From positions 26,153 to 90,152 of the forward strand of contig DATEGT010000046.1 in the NCBI GenBank assembly GCA_035280025.1: a stretch of 64,000 nucleotides of DNA. Direction: 5' to 3'. This document shows positions 50,345-60,779 of the stretch, in pieces. Below the pieces are notes generated by a model. The model saw nothing but the letters and a program-made list of their open reading frames with translations. It was not told the origin of the DNA and made no database searches. The translations under genes and the position numbers were made by a program. Each line of letters opens with the position of its first letter. The first letter of the stretch is position 1. The stretch is from Burkholderiales bacterium (GTDB lineage: Bacteria; Pseudomonadota; Gammaproteobacteria; Burkholderiales; SG8-39).

Positions 50345-51412
50345 TCAGGCCAGGGCAGCGGCGACCGCGTCGCCCATCTCCCGCGTCCCCACCTTGCGGG
50401 TTCCCGTCTGAAAGATGTCGGCGGTGCGGTATCCCTGCGAGAGCACCTTTCCCACCGCCGCTTCCACCCGCGCGGCGGCAGCCTCGTGCTCGAAGCTGTA
50501 GCGCAGCATCATTGCCGCCGAGAGAATCGTCGCGAGCGGGTTGGCGACGTTTTTTCCCGCGATGTCTGGAGCCGATCCGTGGATCGGCTCGTACAAACCC
50601 TTGCCCTTCTCGTCCAGGGAGGCCGACGGCAGCATTCCGATCGACCCGGTCAGCATCGACGCCTCGTCCGAGAGAATGTCGCCGAACATGTTCCCCGTGA
50701 CGATCACGTCGAACTGCTTTGGATTCTTGAGGAGTTGCATCGAGGCATTGTCTACGTACATGTGCGTGAGCTCGACGGCCGGGTAATCCCTCCCGACCGC
50801 GCCCACCACCTCCCTCCACAGTTGCGAGGTCTCGAGCACGTTGGCCTTGTCCACCGAGCAAACCTTCTTCCTCCGTTTCAGCGCCGCGCGAAAGCCGGCG
50901 TGCGCGATCCGGCGGATCTCCGGCTCGGAGTAGCGCATGGTATCGAAGCCCTCGCGGGCCCCATTCGCGTCCCTGCGAATGCCGCGCGGCTGTCCGAAGT
51001 AGATGTCGCCGGTCAGCTCGCGCAGGATCAAGAGGTCGAGCCCGGCCACGACTTCGGGCCGGAGCGTAGAAGCGCCGGCAAGCTCCGGAAAAACCGACGC
51101 AGGCCGAAGATTGGCGAAGAGATCCAGCTCCTTTCTCAGCCTCAGGAGCGCCTGCTCGGGGCGCTTGTCCCGCGGCAGCGCGTCGTATCGGGGCCCGCCG
51201 ACGGCGCCGAACAGGACCGCATCCGCGCTTTTTGCGAGCGAGAGTGTCGCTTCCGGTATCGGGTCGCCCGCGGCGTCGTAAGCCGCGCCGCCGACAGCAG
51301 CCCTTTCAACCTCGAGCTTGAGGCCCGTCCGCCGGAGGATTTCGAGGACTTTCAGCGCTTCGGCGACGACCTCTGGACCGACGCCGTCGCCGGGGAGGAC
51401 TGCGATCTTCAT
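50345..51412 (-). CDS. leuB: 3-isopropylmalate dehydrogenase
   Basis: [41 protein letters not shown]. The track ORF is extended upstream across leuD. Confidence 0.95.
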   Translation of the reverse strand: MKIAVLPGDGVGPEVVAEALKVLEILRRTGLKLEVERAAVGGAAYDAAGDPIPEATLSLAKSADAVLFGAVGGPRYDALPRDKRPEQALLRLRKELDLFANLRPASVFPELAGASTLRPEVVAGLDLLILRELTGDIYFGQPRGIRRDANGAREGFDTMRYSEPEIRRIAHAGFRAALKRRKKVCSVDKANVLETSQLWREVVGAVGRDYPAVELTHMYVDNASMQLLKNPKQFDVIVTGNMFGDILSDEASMLTGSIGMLPSASLDEKGKGLYEPIHGSAPDIAGKNVANPLATILSAAMMLRYSFEHEAAAARVEAAVGKVLSQGYRTADIFQTGTRKVGTREMGDAVAAALA

Positions 51413-51417
51413 GACGG

Positions 51418-52059
51418 CTAGGCGAACAGCCAGGGCTGCTCGGAGCGGCGCCGCTCCTCGAAAGCGCGGATCTTGTCCGCGTGGCGCAGCGTAAGCCCGA
51501 TGTCGTCGAAGCCGTTCAGCAGGCAGTACTTGAAAAAGGGCTCGAGATCGAAGCGCATCGCCTTTGCGCCGTCCGGCGTGCCGACGATTTGCTTGTCCAG
51601 GTCGACGACCAGCCGGAACCCCGGGAACGCCGCGACCTCGTGGAAAAGCCGGTCGACTTCTCCTTCGCCGAGAACTACCGGAAGCAGGCCGTTCTTCACG
51701 CAGTTGTTGAAGAAAATGTCGGCGTACGAGGGCGCAATGATCGCGCGAAAACCGTATTCGGCAAGCGCCCACGGCGCGTGCTCGCGGGAGCTGCCGCAGC
51801 CGAAGTTCTTGCGCGCGATCAGGATGCTCGCCCCCCGGTAGCGCGGCTGGTTGAGCACGAAATCGGGATTGAGCCTGCGCTCGGAATCGGGTTTCCCGGG
51901 CCAGCCCTCGTCCAGGTAGCGCCAGGCGTCGAACAGATTCGAGCCGAAACCGGTGCGCCGGATCGATTTCAGGAACTGCCTGGGAATGATCTGGTCGGTG
52001 TCGACGTTGGCGCGGTCCATGGGCGCGACCAGGCCGTTGTGCACGGTGAATTTCTCCAT
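51418..52059 (-). CDS. leuD: 3-isopropylmalate dehydratase small subunit
   Basis: 213 aa, [15 protein letters not shown] motif. Confidence 0.95.
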   Translation of the reverse strand: MEKFTVHNGLVAPMDRANVDTDQIIPRQFLKSIRRTGFGSNLFDAWRYLDEGWPGKPDSERRLNPDFVLNQPRYRGASILIARKNFGCGSSREHAPWALAEYGFRAIIAPSYADIFFNNCVKNGLLPVVLGEGEVDRLFHEVAAFPGFRLVVDLDKQIVGTPDGAKAMRFDLEPFFKYCLLNGFDDIGLTLRHADKIRAFEERRRSEQPWLFA

Positions 52060-52072
52060 CGGCGCTAGCCCT

Positions 52073-53479
52073 TCATCTCCATTGGCGCACGTCGACGAAG
52101 TGCCCGGCGATCGCGGCCGCCGCGGCCATCTCCGGACTTACCAGGTGCGTGCGCCCGCCCGTGCCCTGCCGGCCCTCGAAGTTCCGGTTCGAGGTTGAAG
52201 CGGAGCGCTCGCCGGGCTCGAGCCGGTCGGCGTTCATCGCGAGGCACATCGAGCAACCGGGCTCGCGCCATTCGAACCCGGCATCGCGGAAGACCCGGTC
52301 CAGGCCCTCCTTCTCGGCCTGCGCCTTTACCAGGCCGGACCCGGGCACGACCATGGCGAGCTTGATGCTCGGGGCGACGCGACGTCCCCGCACGATCGCC
52401 GCCGCGGACCGCAGGTCCTCGATGCGGGAGTTGGTGCACGACCCGATGAATACCTTGTCGAGCCGGATCTCGGTCATGGGCGTGTTGGGCTCGAGTCCCA
52501 TGTAGGTCAGCGCCCTTTCCATCCCCTCCCTACGGAGCGAGTCCCTCTCGCGGTCCGGATCGGGGACGCGCTCATCCACCGTCACGACCATTTCCGGAGA
52601 CGTGCCCCAGGTCACCTGCGGCTTGATCGAGCCGGCGTCTATCGTCACTTCCCTGTCGAACTTGGCGCCCGGGTCGCTTCTCAGGCTGCGCCAGTGCGCG
52701 ACCGCGCGGTTCCACAGCTCGTCGCGCGGCGCGAACGGCCGCCCCTTCAGGTAGGCGATCGTGGTCTCGTCGACCGCAATCAGACCGGCGCGCGCTCCGG
52801 CTTCGATCGACATGTTGCACAAGGTCATGCGCCCTTCCATCGAAAGCGAGCGCACCGTCCCGCCCGCATACTCGATCGTGCAACCGGTCCCTCCCGCGAT
52901 GCCGATCCGCCCGATCACGGCGAGGATCACGTCCTTCGCCGATACCCCGCGCGGCAAGGCGCCCTCGACGCGCACCAGCATGTTCTTCATCTTTTTCGCG
53001 AGCAGGCACTGCGTCGAGAGCACGTGCTCGACTTCCGAAGTCCCGATGCCGAAGGCGAGGCACGCGAAGGCCCCGTGAGTGCTGGTGTGCGAGTCGCCGC
53101 ACACGACCGTCATCCCGGGCAGGGTCGCGCCCTGCTCCGGGCCGATGACGTGCACGATGCCTTGCCGCACGTCGTTCATCCTGAATTCGACGATGCCGTG
53201 CTCTGCGCAGTTCCTGTCCAGCGTATCCACCTGCAGGCGCGACACCGGATCGGCGATCCCGCCCGCGCGGCCGGTCGTGGGAACGTTGTGGTCGGCCACC
53301 GCGAGGTTCGCCGACACGCGCCACGGCTTGCGGCGGGCGAGCTTCATGCCCTCGAAAGCCTGGGGGCTGGTCACCTCGTGCACCAGGTGGCGGTCGATGT
53401 AGAGCAGGGTCGTGCCGTCTTCCTCCGAATGGACGGCGTGCGAATCCCAGAGCTTGTCGTAGAGCGTGCGCGGAGTCAT
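52073..53479 (-). CDS. leuC: 3-isopropylmalate dehydratase large subunit
   Basis: 468 aa, aconitase-family Fe-S ligand regions ([18 protein letters not shown]). Confidence 0.95.
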   Translation of the reverse strand: MTPRTLYDKLWDSHAVHSEEDGTTLLYIDRHLVHEVTSPQAFEGMKLARRKPWRVSANLAVADHNVPTTGRAGGIADPVSRLQVDTLDRNCAEHGIVEFRMNDVRQGIVHVIGPEQGATLPGMTVVCGDSHTSTHGAFACLAFGIGTSEVEHVLSTQCLLAKKMKNMLVRVEGALPRGVSAKDVILAVIGRIGIAGGTGCTIEYAGGTVRSLSMEGRMTLCNMSIEAGARAGLIAVDETTIAYLKGRPFAPRDELWNRAVAHWRSLRSDPGAKFDREVTIDAGSIKPQVTWGTSPEMVVTVDERVPDPDRERDSLRREGMERALTYMGLEPNTPMTEIRLDKVFIGSCTNSRIEDLRSAAAIVRGRRVAPSIKLAMVVPGSGLVKAQAEKEGLDRVFRDAGFEWREPGCSMCLAMNADRLEPGERSASTSNRNFEGRQGTGGRTHLVSPEMAAAAAIAGHFVDVRQWR

Positions 53480-53537
53480 TGCGGTTCGACCGCGGCAAAG
53501 AGGAAAATTATACCGGATCGCCCTCTCTACGAACGCG

Positions 53538-53560
53538 AAAACCGCCGCGAAAACCGGCGG
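53538..53560 (-). terminator. Terminator candidate after the M48 peptidase gene
   Basis: Minus strand CCGCCG-7 nt-CGGCGG followed by TTTTCG, 6 nt after the stop. A perfect TATAAT (53512..53507, minus strand) follows, upstream of leuC. Confidence 0.5.
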
Positions 53561-53566
53561 ATCCGC

Positions 53567-54379
53567 TCAGCGGGAGCGCGCGGCCTCGTACAGAGGCATG
53601 ACCTTCTCGGCGTAGCTCTGGACGTCGCGGGTCCGGGTCTGATCGGAGGGGTGAGTCGACAGCCACTCGGGCGGCTTGCTGCCGCCCAGCCTGCCCATTT
53701 TCTGCCACAGCGACACCGCGGCACGCGGATCGTAGCCGGAGCGCGCCGCGAGCTCCACGCCGATGCGGTCGGCCTCGGTTTCCTGCGTGCGCGAATGCGG
53801 CAGGGAAAGCGTGACGTTCAGAATAGTGTCGGTCAGCTGGTTCTCGAGATTGACCCCGATCAACACGCTCAGCACCTGGACGCCGAGCTGCTTCGTCATC
53901 TCCTCGCTCGCCCGCTCGCGTCCGTGCTCGCGCAGCGCGTGCCCGATCTCGTGTCCCATCACGGCGGCGAGCTCGTCGTCGGTGATCTTCAGGCTGGTGA
54001 TCAGGCCCGTGTAGACCGCGATCTTGCCGCCCGGCATGCACCACGCGTTCACCTCGTTGGTGGTGATGACGTTCACTTCCCATTTCCAGCCCGGGGCGTC
54101 GCTGCGGAACGCGGCGGTGCTGGGTATCAGGCGCCTGGCGATGCCGCGCACCCGCTCGACCTGCGCGGGGTCGCGGTCAAGCTGGTTCTTGGCGCGCGCG
54201 TCGGCGAGCACTTTCGCGTAGGCATCGGCAGCGCTCTTGTCCATCTGCGCGGAGGACACCAGCGTCGACATGCTCTGCTTGCGCTCGACTCCGACCACGC
54301 CGCCCTCGGTCGTCTGCACGGTCTGGCACCCGCAGAGCACGACAAGCGCGGAAGCGACCAGCCCCGTTCCGGATCTCAT
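53567..54379 (-). CDS. M48-family zinc metalloprotease, probable lipoprotein
   Basis: HEIGHALREH (HExxH), downstream Glu, and a signal peptide with a Cys-containing lipobox-like LCGC. Confidence 0.85.
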   Translation of the reverse strand: MRSGTGLVASALVVLCGCQTVQTTEGGVVGVERKQSMSTLVSSAQMDKSAADAYAKVLADARAKNQLDRDPAQVERVRGIARRLIPSTAAFRSDAPGWKWEVNVITTNEVNAWCMPGGKIAVYTGLITSLKITDDELAAVMGHEIGHALREHGRERASEEMTKQLGVQVLSVLIGVNLENQLTDTILNVTLSLPHSRTQETEADRIGVELAARSGYDPRAAVSLWQKMGRLGGSKPPEWLSTHPSDQTRTRDVQSYAEKVMPLYEAARSR

Positions 54380-54466
54380 CGCTCAATTCTTCCTTCCCGT
54401 GAACCGGGAATCAAGCCCTCCGGCCCGTATAATGCCGCCTTTCGCGCCACGGTCCCGGATCGACGA

Positions 54467-57424
54467 ATGAGCCGTGTACCCCGCAGCGTTTTCTTCATGC
54501 TGTTCACCGTGTCGGGGTTCGCGGGACTCATCTACGAGTCGATCTGGAGCCACTATCTCAAGCTCTTCCTGGGACACGCGGCCTACGCGCAAACGCTGGT
54601 GCTCGCCCTCTTCATGGGCGGGATGGCGGTCGGCTCCTGGCTGTGCAGCCGCCGGTCGGAGCGCTGGAAGAACCTCCTTCGGGGCTACTCGATCGCCGAA
54701 GGCGTGATCGGCCTGGCGGCACTCGCCTTTCATCCCGTCTTCGTCGCAGCGACCGAATCCGCCTACACGAGCATCCTCCCCGCGCTCGGCGGGGAGGTGT
54801 CGGCAAGCCTGTTCAAATGGGCGCTCGCGGGCGCCCTGATCCTGCCGCAGTCGGTGCTGCTCGGCATGACCTTTCCCCTGATGAGCGCAGGGCTGATCCG
54901 CCGCTATCCGGGGGCACCCGGCGAAACGCTCGCGATGCTCTATTTCACCAACAGCTTCGGAGCCGCGATCGGAGTATTGGCGAGCGGGTTCGTCCTCATT
55001 GAGGCAGTCGGCCTGCCCGGCACCGTGCAGGCCGCCGGAGCCCTGAACCTCGCGCTGGCGGCGGCGGTGTGGTCGCTGGCCGGAGGCCGGGAGCCCGCCT
55101 TTGCTGCCCGCGCCGCCCCCGCCGATTCCGGAGGGGAGCAGCCCCTGCGCCTTTTCCTGGCCGTCGCCCTGCTCACCGGCGCCGCGTCGTTCGTGTTCGA
55201 GATCGGCTGGATCCGGATGCTGTCCCTCGTCCTGGGAGCGTCCACGCATTCGTTCGAGCTGATGCTCTCGGCGTTCATCCTGGGCATCGCCTGCGGCGGC
55301 TACTGGGTGCGCCGGCGCCTCGACGCGATCGCCGATCCCGTGCGCTTCCTCGGGGCGGTCCTCACGATGATGGGCCTGCTTGCGCTCGCCACGCTACCGC
55401 TCTACGGCCAGATGTTCGGGGTGATGCAGGCCGTGATCAAGGCGCTCGCGCGAACCGAGGCCGGGTACGCGCTCTTCCTCGCGGCCAGCCACGGCATCGC
55501 CCTCGCCGTCATGTTCCCGGCGACGTTCTGCGCCGGGATGACGCTGCCTCTCATCACCTGCGCCCTGCTCCGGGGCGGCGAGGGCGAGAAGGCGATCGGC
55601 GCGGTGTACTCGGTCAACACTCTCGGCTCGATCCTGGGCGTGTTCTTCGCCGCGCACATCGGCATGCCGTGGCTGGGACTGAAGGGCCTGATCGCCTGCG
55701 GAGCGGCGCTCGACGCCGGGCTCGGGATCGTTCTCTTATGGCGGGCGGCGGGAGAGAAAACCCTGCGCATCGGAGCCGCGGCGCTGTGCCTGGTCTGCTT
55801 CGGCGCCGTGCTCGCCGTCGTGCAGCTCGATCCCTACAAGATGGCGTCCGGCGTCTTCCGCCACGGCGAGCTGTACACGTCGCACGAAGCCACGATGATC
55901 TCGCACCGGGACGGCAAGACGACCACCGTCAGCCTCATGGATTTCGGCACCGACCGGAGCCTGCGCACCAACGGCAAGTCCGACGGGGCGATCAACATGG
56001 ACCCGAACGGCGCGCGCGTTTCCGACGAGGTGACGATGACCCTCACAGCTGCGATTCCGCTCGCCTTCCGTCCCGACGCGGCCTCCGCGGCGGTGATCGG
56101 CATCGGCACCGGACTGACGACGCACACGCTCCTCGGCTCTAGAGCGCTGCGCTCGGTCGAGACCATCGAGATCGAGCCGGCGATGGCCGAGGCGTCGAGA
56201 CGCTTCGCTCCGCGCAATTCCAACGCCTTCGCCGATCCGCGCAGCCACATCGTGTTCGATGACGCGAAAAGCTTCTTCTCCACCTACAACCGCAAGTACG
56301 ACATCATCGTCTCGGAGCCTTCCAACCCCTGGGTCAGCGGCGTCGCCAGCCTGTTCACCTCCGAGTTCTATCGCCTGGTGCGGCGCCATCTCGCCAGCGA
56401 CGGCGTGCTGGTGCAGTGGTTCCAGATGTACGAGATCGACGCGAGCCTCATCGCCTCGGTGCTGCGCGCCCTCGGAGAGAATTTCCCCGATTACGCGGTC
56501 TTCGCGGCGACCGGCAGCGACCTGCTGATCGTCGCGGGCGACACGGCGACGCTCGCGCGGCCGCTCGCCGATCTCACCGCGATGCCCGGGGTCGCGCGCG
56601 AGCTGCGCCGCGTGCGCGTCACCTCGATGCAGGACATCGCGGCCCGCCGCATCGGGGGCAAGCGCTCGCTCGGTCCGATGCTCGCGAGCTACGGAACGCC
56701 TGCGAACTCCGACTACCGGCCTTACCTCGATCTGCACGCGGCGAAATACCGGTTCCTTCACCAGTCCGCCGACGAGCTCATCCGCCTGCTCTCATACGGC
56801 GTTCCGGTGGTGGAAATGCTCGAGGGAGGGAGGGGCGGCCGCGCGGACCCGAAGGGCGAGGGCCAGGAATATCTCGACGCTCTGGAGCTCGCGCGGCGCG
56901 CGGCCTATGCGAAGGACTATCTGCTCTCGCCGGACCGGCCCGAGCCGGTCGCCATCCCGCGCCCGTTCCAGAAGGACCTCGAGCTCGTGCGGGACAGGCT
57001 GATCGAATGCCGCGACGTGGGGCGCTCCGACATCTGGTTCCAGTCGCTCTACGAGCTCGCTCGCACCCTGAATCCCATGCTCCCGGCCGACGAGGCGGGA
57101 GCCGTCTGGGATCGCATCGACAGGGCTCCGTGCGCGGCGCGGCTCACCTCGGACGAGCGCCAATGGATCGGCCTGTTCCGCGCCGTCGGCGCGCGATCGG
57201 CGCGCGATATGGCGAGCATCGCCGGCGCGTTGCTCGCGAAGCGGAGCGATCTTCCATTGGGTCACCGGCAATACCTGATCGCGGCCGGCATGGCGGGCTA
57301 TCTGGCGCAAGGCAGGCGTGCCGAGGCAGCGGCGCTGTGGAACCGCTACCCGGAGGACGCCGACCCTTCGGGCGACGTGGGCCTGCGCCTGCTCCACGCG
57401 CACGCCTTCGCGGTCGAGTCCTAG
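54467..57424 (+). CDS. Fused polytopic membrane domain / spermidine-synthase-like (PABS-fold) protein with an uncharacterised C-terminal domain
   Basis: In-frame ATG at 54467 within the 1576-aa track ORF; upstream of it the ORF is antisense to leuC and M48. About 480 aa of TM helices, then a class-I MTase/PABS-like core ([34 protein letters not shown]), then about 270 aa of unknown function. Confidence 0.8.
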   Translation: MSRVPRSVFFMLFTVSGFAGLIYESIWSHYLKLFLGHAAYAQTLVLALFMGGMAVGSWLCSRRSERWKNLLRGYSIAEGVIGLAALAFHPVFVAATESAYTSILPALGGEVSASLFKWALAGALILPQSVLLGMTFPLMSAGLIRRYPGAPGETLAMLYFTNSFGAAIGVLASGFVLIEAVGLPGTVQAAGALNLALAAAVWSLAGGREPAFAARAAPADSGGEQPLRLFLAVALLTGAASFVFEIGWIRMLSLVLGASTHSFELMLSAFILGIACGGYWVRRRLDAIADPVRFLGAVLTMMGLLALATLPLYGQMFGVMQAVIKALARTEAGYALFLAASHGIALAVMFPATFCAGMTLPLITCALLRGGEGEKAIGAVYSVNTLGSILGVFFAAHIGMPWLGLKGLIACGAALDAGLGIVLLWRAAGEKTLRIGAAALCLVCFGAVLAVVQLDPYKMASGVFRHGELYTSHEATMISHRDGKTTTVSLMDFGTDRSLRTNGKSDGAINMDPNGARVSDEVTMTLTAAIPLAFRPDAASAAVIGIGTGLTTHTLLGSRALRSVETIEIEPAMAEASRRFAPRNSNAFADPRSHIVFDDAKSFFSTYNRKYDIIVSEPSNPWVSGVASLFTSEFYRLVRRHLASDGVLVQWFQMYEIDASLIASVLRALGENFPDYAVFAATGSDLLIVAGDTATLARPLADLTAMPGVARELRRVRVTSMQDIAARRIGGKRSLGPMLASYGTPANSDYRPYLDLHAAKYRFLHQSADELIRLLSYGVPVVEMLEGGRGGRADPKGEGQEYLDALELARRAAYAKDYLLSPDRPEPVAIPRPFQKDLELVRDRLIECRDVGRSDIWFQSLYELARTLNPMLPADEAGAVWDRIDRAPCAARLTSDERQWIGLFRAVGARSARDMASIAGALLAKRSDLPLGHRQYLIAAGMAGYLAQGRRAEAAALWNRYPEDADPSGDVGLRLLHAHAFAVES

Positions 57425-58521
57425 CGCTGCTTTCCCGGAATCGGCGGAGCGGGCGGTTTCACGTCCGCGCATTGCGCGCGGTGGCGCAGCGCGTGGTCCA
57501 TCAGCACGCAGGCGAGCATCGCCTCGGCGATCGGCGTCGCGCGGATGCCGACGCAGGGATCGTGGCGTCCGGTGGTCTGGACCGTGGTCGCCTTCCCCTT
57601 GCGGTCGATCGAGCGCCGCGGGACGCGGATGCTGGACGTGGGCTTGAGCGCGATGCTCACGAGCACGTCCTGCCCGGTCGAGATGCCGCCCAAGGTCCCG
57701 CCCGCGTTGTTCGACATGAACCCTTCCGGGGTCAGCTCGTCGCCGTGCTCGGACCCCTTCTGCTCGATCGAAGCGAAGCCCGCGCCGATCTCGACGCCCT
57801 TCACCGCGTTGATGCCCATCATCGCGGCCGCGATGTCCGAATCGAGCCTGCCGTAGACCGGCTCTCCCCACCCGACCGGAACGCCGCTCGCGACGACGTT
57901 CACCCGGGCGCCGCACGAGTCCCCCGAGGCGCGCAGCGCGTCCATGAAGGCCTCGAGCTCGGGCACGATCGCGGGATCGGGGCAGAAGAAAGGATTCCGA
58001 TCGACCGCGTCCCAAGACCTGAACGCGATCTTGTTCGGGCCGAGCTGCGCGAGGTGCCCGCGAACCTGCACGCGGTAGCGCTCGTGCAGCCATTTCTTCG
58101 CGATCGCGCCCGCGGCGACGCGTATCGTCGTCTCGCGCGCGGAGGCGCGCCCGCCGCCGCGGTAGTCGCGGATGCCGTATTTCTGCCAGTAGGTGTAGTC
58201 GGCGTGCCCCGGCCGGAAGGTGTCGGCGAGCGCCGAGTAGTCCTTGCTCCTCTGGTCTTCGTTTCGGATGAGAAAGCCGATCGCCGTGCCGGTCGTCTTC
58301 CCTTCGAACACGCCCGAGAGGATCTCGATCCTGTCCGTCTCCTGGCGCTGCGTCACGTGACGCGAGCTGCCTGGCTTCCTGCGGTCGAGCTCCTTCTGGA
58401 TGTCGCCTTCGGCGAGCGCGAGCCCCGGCGGGCAGCCGTCGACGACGCCGCCGTAGGCGGGGCCGTGGCTCTCGCCGAAGGAAGTGACGCAGTACAAGAG
58501 ACCGAACGTGTTGCCCGACAT
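57421..58521 (-). CDS. aroC: Chorismate synthase
   Basis: [23 protein letters not shown] motifs. Confidence 0.95.
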   Translation of the reverse strand: MSGNTFGLLYCVTSFGESHGPAYGGVVDGCPPGLALAEGDIQKELDRRKPGSSRHVTQRQETDRIEILSGVFEGKTTGTAIGFLIRNEDQRSKDYSALADTFRPGHADYTYWQKYGIRDYRGGGRASARETTIRVAAGAIAKKWLHERYRVQVRGHLAQLGPNKIAFRSWDAVDRNPFFCPDPAIVPELEAFMDALRASGDSCGARVNVVASGVPVGWGEPVYGRLDSDIAAAMMGINAVKGVEIGAGFASIEQKGSEHGDELTPEGFMSNNAGGTLGGISTGQDVLVSIALKPTSSIRVPRRSIDRKGKATTVQTTGRHDPCVGIRATPIAEAMLACVLMDHALRHRAQCADVKPPAPPIPGKQR

Positions 58522-58584
58522 CGATGCCCTCGCCAGAAACTCGCATGGAGTTTAGCATGGCGGTTCAGCGAACCCCTTGATGCC

Positions 58585-58770
58585 ATGGCGGAAAATGATC
58601 CCGACAAGCTCAAAGGCCCCGGCGGGCTGACCCTGCGCCAGGTCCACGAGCAGGTGCGCGAATCGGTCGAGCGAGACCGCGAAGCGCAGAAGATGAGGAA
58701 CGCGCTCGCGCAGAAGCCGAACCGCTGGCAGCGCTTCGTGCGCTACGTGTGGGATCGCAAGCGCGGCTGA
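58585..58770 (+). CDS. Hypothetical small basic protein (61 aa)
   Basis: ATG-initiated sub-ORF with very high GC3 (coding-like). It is divergent from aroC and convergent with ogt. I recognise no homology. Confidence 0.4.
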   Translation: MAENDPDKLKGPGGLTLRQVHEQVRESVERDREAQKMRNALAQKPNRWQRFVRYVWDRKRG

Positions 58771-58783
58771 CCCGGCGCGACCC

Positions 58784-59284
58784 TCAGGCGGCAAGCGCCA
58801 GCTCGCGCACGCCCGACTCGAGCGCGAGCAGCGCCCGCTTCCGGTCGAGCCCGCCCGCGTATCCGGTGAGGCTGCCGTTCGCGCCGACGATGCGGTGGCA
58901 GGGAACGACGATCCCGATCGGATTGCGGCCGGTGGCCGCGCCGGCGGCGCGCGCGCTCCCCGGGCATCCGGCGCGGCGCGCCAGCTCCCCGTAGCTGATC
59001 GTCTCGCCGAACGCCACCGTGGAGATCGCCTTCCACACCGATCGCTGGAACGGGGTGCCTTCGGGCGCGAGCGCGGTCTCGAAGCGCCGCCGCTCGCCGG
59101 CGAAATATTCCGCAAGCTCGCGCTTCACTTGTCGCAGCACCGCAAGATTCGGATCGCGCCGCCACTCCGGATCGACGTCGGGAAGGTATTTCTGTCCGTC
59201 GAAGTAGACGCCGCACAGGCCGACACCGTTCGCGACCACCAGCATGCGTCCTTGAGATCCGTCGTAGAAATCGTAGTGCTTCAT
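58784..59284 (-). CDS. ogt: Methylated-DNA--protein-cysteine methyltransferase
   Basis: PCHRIV active site. The ATG at 59284 overlaps the upstream gene's TGA (ATGA). The track ORF is extended upstream. Confidence 0.9.
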   Translation of the reverse strand: MKHYDFYDGSQGRMLVVANGVGLCGVYFDGQKYLPDVDPEWRRDPNLAVLRQVKRELAEYFAGERRRFETALAPEGTPFQRSVWKAISTVAFGETISYGELARRAGCPGSARAAGAATGRNPIGIVVPCHRIVGANGSLTGYAGGLDRKRALLALESGVRELALAA

Positions 59285-60723
59285 CGTTGCTCCTTTGCCA
59301 ATGATTGCCACAAATGCATGACCGCGTACGCGCGCCACGGCTGCCAGGCCTCGCCCGCGGCCAGCACCCGGCGCGCGTCCGTCTCGCCGAGTGCCTTCAT
59401 CACGCCCAGATCGGTGTGCGGAAAGGCGTCGGGCCAGGAAAGCGCGCGCATCGCGACGTACTGCGCGGTCCATTCCCCTACGCCCGGAAGCGCGCGAAGC
59501 GCCGCGAGCGTCGCCTCGACGTCGGCGTTCGGCATCAGCACCAGGCGCCCGTCCGCGATCGCGCGGGCGAGCGCGATCAGGCTGCGGGCTCTCGCGCCGG
59601 GCATGCCGAGGCGCGCGATCCGATCCGGGCGAAGCCCGGCGACTCGCGCGGCCGTCGGAAAAAGCGTCGTGAGCGAGGCAAACGGAGTCGTGACCGGGTC
59701 GCCGAACGCCGCGGCGAACCGGCCCGCGACGGTGCGCGCCGCGGACACGCTCACCTGCTGGCCGAGGATCGCGCGCACCGCGATCTCGAAACCGTCGAAC
59801 GCGCCCGGCACCCGCAGGCCCGGATGGCGCCTCGCGAGCGCGCCCAGAGCCTGCGCGACCTCTGCGGGATTGCACGCGAGGTCCATCAGCGACTTGACGC
59901 GCGACAGCACCGGCGGCAGCACCTTGACGAGCGACGCCGACACCGCGACACGCAGCGTCGGCTTCTTCGTCGACATCTCTACCGAGATCCACCCGCAGCG
60001 CTCTTTTCCGTCGGTCGCTATGCGCACCGTGCGCCGATAGCAGCCGTCCTCCAGCTGCTCGACGCCGGCGATCGCGCGCGCGCCGAGGAACGCGCTCACC
60101 GCGGGCCAGTCGAACGGCGGCCTGAAGCTGAGCTCGAAAGCCAGGGTGTCGGCTCCGGCGGCGCCGTGCGTCCGGCGCAAGCTGGTTGGCTTCAGCCGGT
60201 AGCGCTGCTTGAACAGGGAGTTGAAGCGCCGGATGCTGCCAAAGCCGCTCGCGAACGCGACCTCGGTGACCGGCAGCGCGGTGTCGGTGAGGAGGCGCTT
60301 CGCGAGCAGCAGCCGCTGCGTCTGCGCGAATTCCACCGGCGACACGCCGAACTCCGCACCGAACGCCCGGCGCAGGTGCCGGTCGGTGACGCCGAGCCGC
60401 GCGGCGACGGCGCCCAGGCCTTCCTCGTCACCCGCGCGGTCCTCGAGCATCGTGGCGGCCGCCTGCGCGAGCCGCGTCGTCGCGTCCACGCTCGCGTTGC
60501 CCGGCGCGAGCTCGGGCCGGCAGCGCAGGCACGGCCGGTAGCCGTTCGACTCCGCTGCGGCCGCGCTCGCGAAGAAGCGGCAGTTCTCGCGCTTCGGAGG
60601 CTTGACCGTGCAGATCGGCCGGCAATAGATGCGCGTCGAGGACACGGCGACGAAGAAGCGGCCGTCGAACCTCGCGTCGCGCGCACGCAGCGCGCGGTAG
60701 CAGATGCCGGAGTCGAGCGTCAT
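59281..60723 (-). CDS. Bifunctional AdaA-type methylphosphotriester sensor/AraC regulator fused to DNA-3-methyladenine glycosylase II (AlkA)
   Basis: N-terminal Ada Zn cluster (CRPIC..CLRC), an AraC HTH, an AlkA N-domain, and an HhH-GPD glycosylase domain (LPGVGEWTAQYVAMRAL). Confidence 0.88.
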   Translation of the reverse strand: MTLDSGICYRALRARDARFDGRFFVAVSSTRIYCRPICTVKPPKRENCRFFASAAAAESNGYRPCLRCRPELAPGNASVDATTRLAQAAATMLEDRAGDEEGLGAVAARLGVTDRHLRRAFGAEFGVSPVEFAQTQRLLLAKRLLTDTALPVTEVAFASGFGSIRRFNSLFKQRYRLKPTSLRRTHGAAGADTLAFELSFRPPFDWPAVSAFLGARAIAGVEQLEDGCYRRTVRIATDGKERCGWISVEMSTKKPTLRVAVSASLVKVLPPVLSRVKSLMDLACNPAEVAQALGALARRHPGLRVPGAFDGFEIAVRAILGQQVSVSAARTVAGRFAAAFGDPVTTPFASLTTLFPTAARVAGLRPDRIARLGMPGARARSLIALARAIADGRLVLMPNADVEATLAALRALPGVGEWTAQYVAMRALSWPDAFPHTDLGVMKALGETDARRVLAAGEAWQPWRAYAVMHLWQSLAKEQR

Positions 60724-60779
60724 GCGCGCATTATGCGCGCCGCGACTCCCCTCGTCTGGCCGTTTTCGGACATCGAAAT

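Noticed and set aside
52694-54466. The N-terminal 590 codons of the 1576-aa plus-strand ORF (52694..57424).
   Set aside because: This part is antisense to leuC and the M48 peptidase and crosses two intergenic regions. The real protein begins at the in-frame ATG at 54467, where the hydrophobic membrane-domain sequence and coding-like composition start.
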